Shown: in pieces, positions 36,260 through 47,980 of the stretch
How the letters are laid out: the number at the start of each line of letters is the position of its first letter
Numbering within the stretch: the stretch's first letter is position 1
Assembly (NCBI GenBank): GCA_002269645.1
Contig: NIVC01002604.1
Location: 62,001-126,000 of the forward strand
DNA from: Macrostomum lignano
Lineage: Eukaryota
DNA: 64,000 nucleotides
Direction of reading: 5' to 3'
The notes under the pieces: generated by a model
The model's input: only the letters and a program-made list of their open reading frames with translations
Told to the model about the DNA's origin: nothing
The model's database searches: none
Made by a program: the position numbers and the translations under genes

Positions 36260-39200
36260 TCAAGCGGCTGAACTCCCTGCGGCTGCCGATGCTGTCGCAA
36301 CGTCATGCGCCGGTTCCGTATTGATCTCTTGAAGCTGATTCCGCGGCCGCTTCTCGCTTGGCGGTCCCGAATCTGACCAGTCCCCATCTCCAATCCCTGC
36401 GGCATCTTCCATAGCGGCTTCGGCCTCGTCTGCAGACGCGATTCGTCGTTTCACGGCGCTGGCAGTCTGGTCAGGATCAGGAGGCGACGTGTCTTCCTGC
36501 ACAGCGTCAGCTTCGTTGCTATTAGTGTCGCCGTTCGCCGTAGTCACTTCGTCGGCAGCCGAATCTATCGATGGCGACGCCGCCGAGGCTGCAGAAGATT
36601 CGGCCTCGGCGGCAGGAATTCGACGTGGCTGTTGCAGCTTTCTGGCGCATTTTTCACGCCGTTTGCGCGCCTCAAGCAGTTCAAGAATGGCTGCAGGCTT
36701 GCCGCCGCCAGTCACTGGTGGAGCAACCGACGCGGGCGCCTCCTCAGACTGCTGCTGGGCCTCTTTGTCCGATGACTCAACAGCGCCGTCGTGTCTGACA
36801 CCGCCGTTATTATTGTTCTCCTCATCGTCATCATCGTCGCTCAGCACGACAACCATATCGGGAGGCACCGCTGCTGGCCTCTCGGGTGTTGGACACGGAG
36901 CTTGGCGCTGCGCCTGAATGCTGCGACGTTGCTGCGCTTGCTGCTGCTGCTGCTGATGGCGCGACACGACCGGCCCTGCTGACTGATGAATAATAGGCTG
37001 TGCAGGAGGCGCCGGCCGAGACTGCGGAATCCGCAGACCTGGCTGGTGCACGGGTCGCGAAACGGTCGCAGCCGAAGGCCCAGTTAAATCGATCACGGAT
37101 CCTCTGGTTTTGCCACTCCTGCGCTGGGCGTGCTTATCCTCCTCGGCGATAAGGCTGCGCAGTTTGCCAAGCCGTAGGAACAGGTGCATCCGGTAGGCGC
37201 TTTTAAATCGGGATACAATCTGCGACTTGTCTGCAAGAGTAGTGGCGGCAGTGAGATCCTGCATGAACCGGCTGTATTGGCGCATCATACCCTGCAATAG
37301 GGACACTGTGGCATTAAGCGCTGTGCCAATATTGCGCACGTCAACGGATTCGATGTCGGATAGGATTGTCTCTATGCGAACATTCTGCTTGTACCACAGC
37401 TCGGTGCGCTGGGTTACACTAGCTTGGCCGGCAGCTGCTGCTGGCGCCGCTACCTGCTGCGGCTGCTGCTGCCGCCGTTGCTGTTGCTGCATCTGTTGCA
37501 ATTGCTGCAATTGATGACGATTGTGCAGCTGCGAGCCAACCTGATTGTGCTGCTGGGTCAACTGCCGATGCGGTTGCAGAGGCTGATTACCTACAGTAGT
37601 ATACGGCATCCTAGAAGTGACTTTTGGCACCGAACTCAAATCCAGCTGCATGCCAGCAATGGTGGCGTTGCTAGTAACGCCAACTCCGCCGCGAACGCTG
37701 CCGTAGGCGATTGCTGGAGTTGCAGCGACTAGAACTGGCAGCTGGTCCTGACGGATCGTCTGCAGCTGGGGCAGTGGCAGAGGCTGCAGCTGCAGTGGCG
37801 CCGAGTTAGGAGGAGCAGGTGCGGCAACCGTTTTCTTTGCTTGGGCCACTTTCTGCTTCTCAGAGCGTTTGCTTGCCTCCTGAAAGCGTTAAAGCAAATA
37901 GGATTAGTTAGTATAGTATTTAATTGAAAGGAAATCATTGCAGAGCTCTATATGTTTCCCCCCTCTCTTCCCTTCCCGCCAGTCCCTCTCAGTGGCGTAG
38001 CCAGGAATTTCAATTGGGGGGTGGCGGTTTGGCCTGGCTGGCCATGCCTTATGCCATTGCCACTTTTGGCGCCGCAGGCACTCATTTTGGCGCCGCAGGC
38101 ACTCATTTTAGCGCCGCAGGCACTCACTTTAGCGCGCCGCAGGCACTTATTTTGGCGCCGCAGGCACTCAATTGCCTCATGGTTTTTGGGGGGCCATCAC
38201 AAGCTCGAAAAATCACATCGTCGAAAAGCATCCACCATCACAAGCTCGAAAAGTCCTAAGCTCGAAAAATCATATCGTCGAAAAATTTAGCAACCACCAT
38301 CACAAGCTCGAAAAGTCACATCGTCGAAAAGGTTAGCAACCACCATCACAAGCTTGAATAGGGTTAGGGTTAGAGCTTGTGCCTTAGGGTTAGGGCTTAG
38401 GGTTAAGTTTAGGGTTGGGGTTAGAACTTGTGCCTTAGGGTTAGGGTTTAGGGTTAGGTTAGGGTTGGGGTTAGGGTTATGTTTCAGGGTTAGGCTAGGG
38501 TACTGGTGCCTTAGGGTTAGGGTTAGTGCCTTGGGGTTAGGGTTAGAGCTTGTGCCTTTTCGAGCTTGTGATGATGTTTGCTAAGCTTTTCGACGATGTG
38601 ATTTTTCGAGCTTATGACTTGTCGAGCTTGTGATGGTGGTTTCTAAATCAGTTTTCGACGATGTGACTTTTCGAGCTTATGACTTTTCGAGCTTGTGATG
38701 GTGGTTGCTAAACTTTTCGACGATGTGATTTTTCGAGCTTGTGAGTTTTCGAGCTTGTGATGGTGGTTGCTAGACTTTTCGACGATGTGACTTTTCGAGC
38801 TTATGACTTTTCGAGCTTGTGATGGTGGTTGCTAAACTTTTCGACGATGTGATTTTTCGAGCTTGTGAGTTTTCGAGCTTGTGATGGTGGTTGCTAGACT
38901 TTTCGACGATGTGACTTTTCGAGCTTATGACTTTTCGAGCTTGTGATGGTGGTTGCTAAACTTTTCGACGATGTGATTTTTCGAGCTTGTGAGTTTTCGA
39001 GCTTGTGATGGTGGTTGCTAGACTTTTCGACGATGTGACTTTTCGAGCTTGTGATGGTGGTTGCTAAACTTTTCGACGATGTGATTTTTCGAGCTTGTGA
39101 TGGTGGTTGCTAAACTTTTCGACGATGTGACTTTTCGAGCTTATGACTTTTTGAGCTTGTGATGGTGGTTGCTAAACTTTTCGACGATGTGACTTTTCGA

Positions 39201-40593
39201 GCTAATGACTTTTCGAGCTTGTGATGGTGGATGCTTTTCGACGATGTGATTTTTCGAGCTTGTGATGGCCCCCGCTGCTAATTCAGTTTTCGACGATGTG
39301 ATTTTTCGAGCTTATGACTTTTCGAGCTTGTGATGGAGCCCTGTTTCGACGATGTGATTTTTCGAGCTTATGATGGCGACCCGTTTTTGGTACCCGCCGC
39401 GCCCAACCCCACCCCCCTAGGCGATTGGGCCCCCCTGGCTATGCCACTGCTTTCGGGTCTCCGACTCTCCCTTCCTGTTTGCCTCCTATCTAGTCCAACC
39501 TTTCCATCTAGTCTAACCCTTTCCGTCTCCCATCTAGTCTAGCCCATCTGGCAATCGTTCACACGGCAATCAACTGACATATACTGAGGAGAATGACTGG
39601 GCTGGGGTTTAGAGGAGGGTGATGCAAGTTTTCCAATTTGTTGCGCGAGCAATACTGTGCGCATATCTCCAGCTGAGCCTAAATCTCTCGTATTTTCAGC
39701 ACGTTTGAGAAAACTAGACTTCCCGTCTTTGCTTCCCATTCCTGTCTACCTCATTCGAGCCCTTCTATTCCTGTCTACTCGCCGCCCTCCCCTCGCTCCC
39801 CTTTTTGTCCCCGAGCTTCTAGAAGAAATACAACGTACCAGAAAGTGCTCTTTAACAGTTTTAATAACAACAACGGCTTCCTCCTGTAGGTGCCTTAGTG
39901 AGCTCTGATCGCAGGCGTAGCAAAGCCAAACAGACTCGTCCGGCAAGCTTTCAATATCCTGCAGAGCGCTGCGACCAAGATTGCGTTTAATACAAGTGCG
40001 GCAGAATGAATGCTCGCAATTGTCGCAGCAGATTAATGAGCCGCCTTCGCCGCACCAGCGACACTGGTTCTCTTTGCCCTGCTCGTCCGAGTCGAAGTGG
40101 CCAGACGCGTAGAATTTATAGCATTTCTGGCACACCAGCACTTTTAGTAGCGGATGCACCTGAATGAAGATGGAAAAACAAACTTTTGAGTAGTATTCAT
40201 ATTCACTAAGTAGTAGATAACAGTTTTAAAGTGAAAAAAAAATTATTGCACACTTACATCCATAGTGCCATTGTAAGGATTGACTTTCTTTCCACAAGCG
40301 GTGCACTTAACGGTGTCGTAAATTCCTGGCGCGGCGCATCGAGCACCGGACGAGGCCTGATCGAAGCAGGCAACTTGGCTATTGCCAGTCTCAGCAACGG
40401 CTTCCGGTTGCACAACCACAGTGCCGTCCTCCAATTGCTGCTGGCCTTGACCATTAATTATAGTAGTAGTCAGAGTAGGCGTTTGGGGCTGCGACAGTGG
40501 CTCAGGCAACTGAGGCGCAACTAACGTTGCCTCAGTATTGTCTTCCTCCTCACTGTTTGCCACGCGCCGAATCGCGCACTGCTTGGTTCGCAT
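36260..40593 (-). CDS. ATRX-type ADD-domain protein lacking the SNF2 helicase (dADD1-like architecture), 3 exons, 758 aa
   Basis: Exons 40593-40258, 40159-39839, 37879-36260, GT-AG, phase 0 (2277 nt). VKCTACG...HPLLKVLVCQKC...QCRWCGEGGSLICCDNCEHSFCRTCIKRNLGR...WLCYAC matches the ATRX ADD domain rather than DNMT3. Exon 3 is Q/P/A-rich and ends at TGA. Confidence 0.85.
38190..39375. repeat. Inverted arrays of a tcgaaaa/ttttcga modular repeat flanking the telomeric tract
   Basis: Left arm 38190-38353 (ccatcacaagctcgaaaaatcacatcgtcgaaaag...) is the reverse complement of units in the right arm 38557-39375. Confidence 0.9.
38359..38556 (+). repeat. Interstitial degenerate telomeric repeat (TTAGGG)n
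   Basis: About 25 TTAGGG/TTGGGG-like units, interrupted by gcttgtgcc. Confidence 0.9.
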
Positions 40594-43500
40594 AATTAAT
40601 TATTAACTACTTGTCGGTAGTAGCTGACAGGTTTGATGTTCACCTTTGTTTGCCGTTGAATCAGACAATCTGATTGTACAGTTGAGGTTGCTTATTCTTT
40701 TTTACAAACCGGAGTTGGGTTCTCCCGGCTGGAAATACGAGACAAGAAGGCTTGCTACACTGCACACTTCAGTTGGTTATATAGAATAACTAGCATATAT
40801 GTACAATAGGGGGAAGAAGAACCATTAAAGGGCATGTGATTGGCCAAAATAGAAGGGGAGGCGTTCGTTGAAATCGGGCACACAGAAGAAACACACAGAC
40901 CAATGCTCCTACGTAGGCGAAAAATTCTGCAAATTATTTCTCTAAGGTCTAGGCACAGAGAGACGTGGGGCGGCGCTTGGAAAGGGAAGGAAAATCTCGC
41001 GTTCAGTTCAGCAAGCAAACACTGCAAACCCTGGCCTTGCCCTCTCCTTTCTACCCCCTCCGCGTGCGCAATGAAATGAAGGCTGGGGCCAGCCCCACCC
41101 CATTTCCTCTCAACCCTAGCTGATCATGTGACTTGCAACCCCACCCTGCCCAACACGAGACGCGAAACGTTCCACACTGTACATTTAGAACCTACCCTCA
41201 CTCAGTCCCTCACTCAGCCCTTTTTCACTCCACTCCTTCTCTCCATAGCTTTCACACGCCCGCAAACACGTTCTAGACCACAGATACTATAAACACTAGA
41301 TAGGCCACTCAGGCTAATTTTCTGGGCAAGTTTTTTATTCTACTTTCTGCTTAGTAGCAATGAAAGGAAGCAACAGTATTATTTGCTAAATTAGACAAAT
41401 CGAGTGACTGTTTTTAAGACATCGTTTTGCTAACGCCATAAACAACTAACTTGTTTTGTGCAGTAATGGTGTACATTAAGACGCGACAGACAGTGTGCAA
41501 TGCCGCTATCTTTCAAAGTGGAGGAAGGGGGGTAGTCTGGAATAGGGTTAATATCAGTTTCGTATAAGGCAGGGTGAGTGGATCGATAATTTAGGCCCAC
41601 TGGTGGTGGGATAGAAAATAAAGGACTGCACATAGCTAGCCTGGGTTAGGGGTGGGGGTTGAGAGGTTGTGGGTTAGAAAATTTGGGGGTGGCGAATCGT
41701 GCTTAAATACAAGCTTATATAGATGAACAGGACAAGAGTCAGAGTTAAAGAAAGTTCGAGTGCATACTAGCTTTTCTATCTAATCTTGTACTCGAGAAAT
41801 GTTTTGATTCGAACCACTGCTGTGCTCCCACTTGCACGAGCTTTGTACTAGTGCTATTAACATCCGAGAAAGAAAAATCCGTTGCGAATGCATAAATTAC
41901 CAAAAGATGACACTGGCGAAGCGCTGGCAGCAGCTACTGCAGGAGCGTGGATATTGACCTTTATAAACAATTAAATCACGGGGCCTCCGTGTGTTCAGCT
42001 TGCACTTTATGGACGAGGCCTACTGCTGCCTTACAAAGTGCCACGGATGTGCAAGACATCTGTTTTCGCTGGGACGCAATCCCACACCAAGAGTTGATGC
42101 TGCCTCGGCTCGTTCAAATAGACCAGCTACCCTCTGTGCAAAGGACTGATAAACGATGAAGAGGCAGACGACATGTACCCTCCAGTGCTGGGGCCAATTA
42201 GCAATCTATCTGCAGCCGAGCCTGCGACTTGCCTGCTGCCAGTGCTGTGGCAGAGCAACCTTCGGCTACCAGATTCTGCGCCGAGAACAGCTGTTGCGGC
42301 TGAAAGCTCTCACCTCTGCAGCCGATTCGCGGGTTCCAAGCGCTAGAGGCAAGCGCTAGTGTTTATAGTATCTGTGTTCTAGACCAGTAAAAAAGCCTGG
42401 TAGCCTGGCCCTGTACACAACACTAGTCTAGTAGGGATCACGCGCTTAATGCGTGACTGAGAGAGGACGACTGGAAGGCCAAAAGGGGGCAGAGAGGACA
42501 GCGCAAGGTTTAGGTTTGTTTAATTGGTAGTCGAAGCCCCGGGTTTATATAGGGTTTACATTTACATAACACTGGTTTCTAAACCGGAAAAAACCGGTTT
42601 GCATGCAAAAAAGTTCTACAGTACAGTTAGAAACGATAGGGCAACATAGGACAAAGGAATTAAATACATAAATATCAATTAGACAGTGGGAGTTCTCTAC
42701 GAAAATGACGTAATAAAATAAATTAGGATCTGATACTGATATAAAAATCTAGCTGCGGTAACTAATGAATCCTAAGTTTCTAACTTATGATTAAATCTTA
42801 TGATCTTATGATTATGATCAAGTACTTTAATATTGAAAAATAACGCGTTACAATCTGTCTATGCAATATTTGCAGAAATAAAGCAGCAATTAAAACACCA
42901 AGAAGTAACATCGTTCATAAAGGGCAATGTCACACAGATATTGGCCCGATTTCCAACAAGCGTTTATCTACAATAAACACAGTAAACACAGACTTACAGA
43001 CAGCAGACAGACAGACAGACAGGAAGGAATTGGAAACAAGTGTTCTTAATATATAGGCTTACAGAGTAGGTTTTAGGGCAAATCAGAACACGGAGACCTA
43101 AGCTTTCTTTTCAAATAAAAAGGCGATATATATATATATATATTAATTAGTAGCCGGTTAGGTCTTTTGTTAGGAACCTCGAGTGTTCAAGTACACATTG
43201 ACAGTTGTGAGTAATTAATTAACCCTCAGATGGTGCTTGTTGCAGTGCAGTAGTGGCTCAAGAAAAAAAGCAAACATTTTTTTAAAATACTTATAGCACA
43301 CGTACACACGTTAATTACATTAATTCGGTCAAAACTCATTGATTAAAAAACATGCATTGAATATAAAGTTGAAGCGTTGAAGACGAGTGAAAAAACTGGC
43401 ATACCTAAACAGGAATTTGCGTTTTGAAAGCAGAAATTCCATTTAAAAAATTACCCAACACGACCCAGGCACAGGTCGATATTTAAATCACGCTTTTTTC

Positions 43501-44556
43501 TTCTATTGCTGTTGTACTAGTTGATTTGTTTTATTTAGCAAGAACTTATTAGCTCACAATTTGACAGACGTTAATGATTAAAGTCTAATTATTGCAAATT
43601 CATATTATAGATTTAGTAATTAAACACAAAAATAGATTCAATATATAGTTAAAAAGAAATTTAAACAGTAGAAACAAATATGCTCGTATATTTACAGAAG
43701 AAATACCACGATTAGTTAAAGGCCTGTGCGATCGAGGTCGGAACCAAAATAAATCTTTAATTTTTTGTAATATGTTTTTAGCAATTACAATCGAGTCACA
43801 GTCGAAAATTGGTGAATACTAATTTTTCTAGCTTTAGTTCAGAAGAGACTTGAATAATCTAAGATTGTGTACATAGTACACGGGCAGTGGTAATGACATC
43901 CACTTAAGTATGTATATATATATATATATACATTAGAATTTACAAACCCATTACCTTGTATATAGTGAATAATAATGAAATAGAATTAATGAATCGATCA
44001 TGAATGGCTGCAGTTAAGGTGTTACCTTCCACTCTGTCTGTAATTTGCAGAAGTATTTATACCGAAATATGCACCTTAATTAAATGATTTTTAAAGAGAA
44101 AACTAAAACGAAATCAAACACAATAATGTAATAAACCTTAACGTACAGCCAGAAAAACAGATTTTTGCTTTTTTGATTATCAAATAAGAGGTACAACAAT
44201 AGCAATAACCGAAGCTACCAAAGGAACTGAAAAAAGAGAATGAAAGCTTTTTGCTTTACTAGGCGATGGAAAAAATATTAAAATATAGGAGCAACCGGGA
44301 CTTTGAGTTTTGACCAATAGGCTGGGTAAAGTTTCAACTACTCGTAGCTCCTAGCTCGAACATTCTAGCTGACCGTCACTAACGTCCAGACGAGCTTACA
44401 AACGAGTTTTGTTGCTAATCTCATTTCAAACTCAACGGTGCAAATCAAAAAGAATCACAATATGACATTGAAATTGACAAAGATCGGGCAGAGAATCTTC
44501 TATTAAACTAGACTTGCTGATCCAACTTTTGTCCCATTCAAGTCGGTCAGAAATCT

Positions 44557-46306
44557 TCACGCTTGTTGGTCTTGCTGCTGCTGCTGTTGCTGCTGCTGCG
44601 CGTCCAGGTTAATTCTATGCACGTGTATTTGACCAGTTTGCCTGGGCGGCCGAGCTGACCAGGAGGCGAAGAAGGCAGCAAAAAACAGTAGGGTAACGGC
44701 GCCAAGTGCCATAGTTGACATGAAGTTAAAATAGGCTTTGTAGCAGACCCGGCAGTACCAGATAATACCAAGGATGCCGCCAAATAGTGGAAACATGTAG
44801 CTACCAATGTCGCCCTGACCTTCCAATGGTCCGACGCCGTCGCCTTCTGCTGCACCGCCGCCACCACCAGAGGCAGCAGCAGCTCCGGACTCCTCGTTGG
44901 CACTCGTATTTCGTTCGGTGATGAGACAATGAATGGTGGCCTCCTCGGGTATGGCGTAGCTGGCCAAGGTACAATCTGTGCCCTCTTTGAGCTCGCGACC
45001 GTTGTAGATGAGACGAATGTTCATATTGCGCGACATTTCTACTTGGAAGTGCTTCCTGGAATGGGATATATAGGTGTTAATAAATATATTATTTTCATAT
45101 TGCAGGATCTTTAGGATGACATGAACGATATCGGATTCCATGCAGACAAGTGTTTTAAGCAAGGAACAAGGACTCAAATTGTTGCTATCAGAAAGCATAT
45201 TTTCAACGGAATAATACCTAGGTCATTAGTACATCGTACCTTAATGTAAACTCCTAAAAATCAAACATCAATCCAAAACTTCACCAACTAGCGACTAACC
45301 GTTTAAAATTTGCAATAGACTCGTTCGGCAAGGCTACAACCGTACGCAGATCGTCGTTAAAGTATTTCAATCTGAGTAGCAGACTGCCCGGTGGTCGGCT
45401 CGAAGATGCAGTCGCCGACGATGTTGGCGCAGCGGCGGACGCTGCATCAACGGTGGCAGCAGGAGCTGCGGACAGCATCGCGGAAGACGATTCGAAAATC
45501 GATGATGAAGCAGCTTCGCTTCCAACGGCAACAGCTGATGCCGGAGTATCAGATGCAGAGACAGGAGAAGCGGCCGCGCCAGTTCCAGCCCCAGAAGTTG
45601 AGGCAACGCTGGCGCTGGCATCAGAGTCAGCCGGCTGGGTCAGCAGGCAATTAAAATACTTTAATCGTCGATTTCGCAGTTCCGAATCGTTCTTAGCCTC
45701 CATAACCTGGGTGTACTCGTTAAGCACGTCCTCGACGCGTTCGCGCATCTCTGGGTCAAGGTCGCCGTCTGATTCCAGCACGTCAACATCATAGGCGGCC
45801 AGATCGGTGGTGACCGCAGCGGCTGCAGCTGGAGTATCAATGGCGGTGGTGTCGCCAGCATCAGCTGCAGCGTCTGGCACTGTCGCAGGCTCCGTCGCGG
45901 TGCGAGCAGTGTCAGAGGGTGGCGTCGCGATGCGAGCAGTGTCAGAGGATGGCGACGCACTGCTAGACGGAGTTTCAGTTGTTGCTGTTGAAGCGCTCGG
46001 AGCTTCAGCAGCAGCTGTTGGAATAGGAGCCGGACCAGTGATTGCTGCGGGAGGCAGCGGCGCGGTCGCTACCTGCTGCGGTTGCTGCTGCTGCTCGCCA
46101 GGTCTGTAGCGGCCAAAATTTTCAAACACGAACACAGCAATAGGTCGCATATCCTGCGGCACGTACGTTGATAGCCAAGCAGCCACAAGGATTAGGCCAG
46201 CAAGCAGGATGAAGAGGCAGACGACAACCTCAGAGCCGATGCCTTCTACGAAGGCACTACCAGCTGTCGCTGCCGTGTTGGCTGAGGCACCAGATGGGTC
46301 TGCCAT
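44557..46306 (-). CDS. TMUB: Transmembrane and ubiquitin-like domain-containing protein (TMUB1/2 family), 2 exons, 501 aa
   Basis: Exons 46306-45300 and 45055-44557 (phase 2, CG|G). N-terminal FVEGIGSEV-TM-AWLST; UBL (LRLKYFND...IRLIYNG...TIHCLI); two C-terminal TM helices. This is the TMUB family architecture. Confidence 0.9.
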
Positions 46307-47980
46307 TCTACTGCTTGGTACTGCTGCTTTTGTTAAACAAAGGATGACTTTCTGTCATGAAAGATACAATTAGTGCGATTATCTTTATATTTCTCTGTTG
46401 ATCTTAAACTGGTGATAAACTGGTGATTAGCATTTCAGTATTCTAAATCTTTAATCTATATCTAAAAAGTATATCTTAAGAAGCCAAGAATAAAGACAAA
46501 ATTTTATCAACAATGACAGATAGACCAAACAAAGGGGCAAGTTTCAATGTTTCCAGGCTGTGTATTTGCAAATAAAAAGACATTTAAATTGATCTGCATA
46601 GCGGACGACTAGCTTTTTTTTGGTCTTGTCAAAAATATGAAAATCTATTAATTAATATAAACGAGCAAAATGACACACTAATCAAGCATGAAAGTGCCCT
46701 GCGCTCTGGAGTCTGAATATGTTGAATAATACAAAACTGTTGAACTGTGTGAAGAGAAGAAAGCTTGAATGAATAAACGTGAGAAACACCTCAACTATGT
46801 GAAACTCCGGACTCATGAACGAGTTCTTCATGAACGAGATTTCTTAACTTTCCAATATCACAGGCATGAAACAAAATAGAAGATATTGAAAGCTTATTTT
46901 GTGCAAAGCAAATACAATGACTATGATGTGTCTTTAAGGACTACGGTGCACTTGTGTAAACCAGTAAACCAGTAAAAAAACAATTAGAGAATAAATATAG
47001 AAGCAAGCTCTTTGTGTGTACAATATTCAACCAATATATTAAACATCTGATTCTAAGACTAATCTAAACAGTTCTTATCAGACTTAGGATACCGCTTTCA
47101 GGACTAAGGGATCTATATATGCTAGCTGAATAGATAAGCTAAAGGCTTAAAGCTAATAACAGTGGTGAATCAGATCTTTCTAACCCCACAATTTTTCAAG
47201 CCTAAGTATGAGTCATAGTCTGCCCTCGCCTCTCCTCTATCTTGCGCTTAAGCCCCTATAGCCCCGCGCAGGCGAGCAAAAGCCATGAGCTAAAAATAGA
47301 AAATGACTAATCAAGGCTATCTGACTAAGCGCCTCTTTACTATCCAAAACTATGAAAGCTAATGGCTAGTGGGCAGTTAGCTAATCACCTAATAATAAAT
47401 ATACCGCCCGAAGAAACACCAAACAGTGCAGCATTATATCATGTTTATTAAAAATAATAGAATGTTTTGTAATAGAAAACGTTGAGATCAATTAATCACT
47501 TAATAAAATGGGCTTACCAAAGCAGTACATAATGGAATAATGTAATCATATGTTTCTTTAAAAATGTGTTACCCAAATGGTAAGGAAATCGATCAGAGTT
47601 ATAGGTAAAGTTGCACAAGTATGCGTAATGCATCAATGCATGACTCAGCTGGATGACTCGGGGTGGCTTAATAAATTTTTGTTTTTGAATATACACAAAA
47701 ATATCCGACCGTTGTTCTACTAATAGTAGGTAGATAGACTCAAAGTGAAAAAATGACAAACTTTCAATTAAACAAGTGTCACTAAAAGCTATACCAAAAT
47801 ATCTTTCAGAGGTTTAACAGAGTTGATTGGAAACTTCTTTAAAATTGTTTAAACTATCCTTAGATTTGTACTTACAGTAGGAAGATACTTCAAGCAAGGT
47901 TTAAGTAGAATTTTAGAAAACTACACCACTCTTCTTTAATTACGAAAAGAAGACAGGTGTACGTATTAATTAGGAACAGC

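Larger units (their letters stand above)
37990..39449. mobile_element. Composite hAT-like TIR element containing foldback arrays and telomeric repeats (ADD-gene intron 2)
   Basis: Ends CAGTGGCGTAGCCAGG and CCTGGCTATGCCACTG (one mismatch). Shares the 21-bp subrepeat with the MITE family. No matching 8-bp TSD. Confidence 0.6.

Noticed and set aside
19333-40593. A telomere-themed cluster (tankyrase, ATRX ADD, TTAGGG tracts)
   Set aside because: No evidence of co-regulation, animal gene neighbours are usually functionally unrelated, and the tract lies inside a mobile-like element.
42428-42571. Short solo-LTR candidate on the minus strand (TGTTA start, TATA box, ATTAAA)
   Set aside because: No canonical CA end together with a matching TSD, and no second copy in the window.
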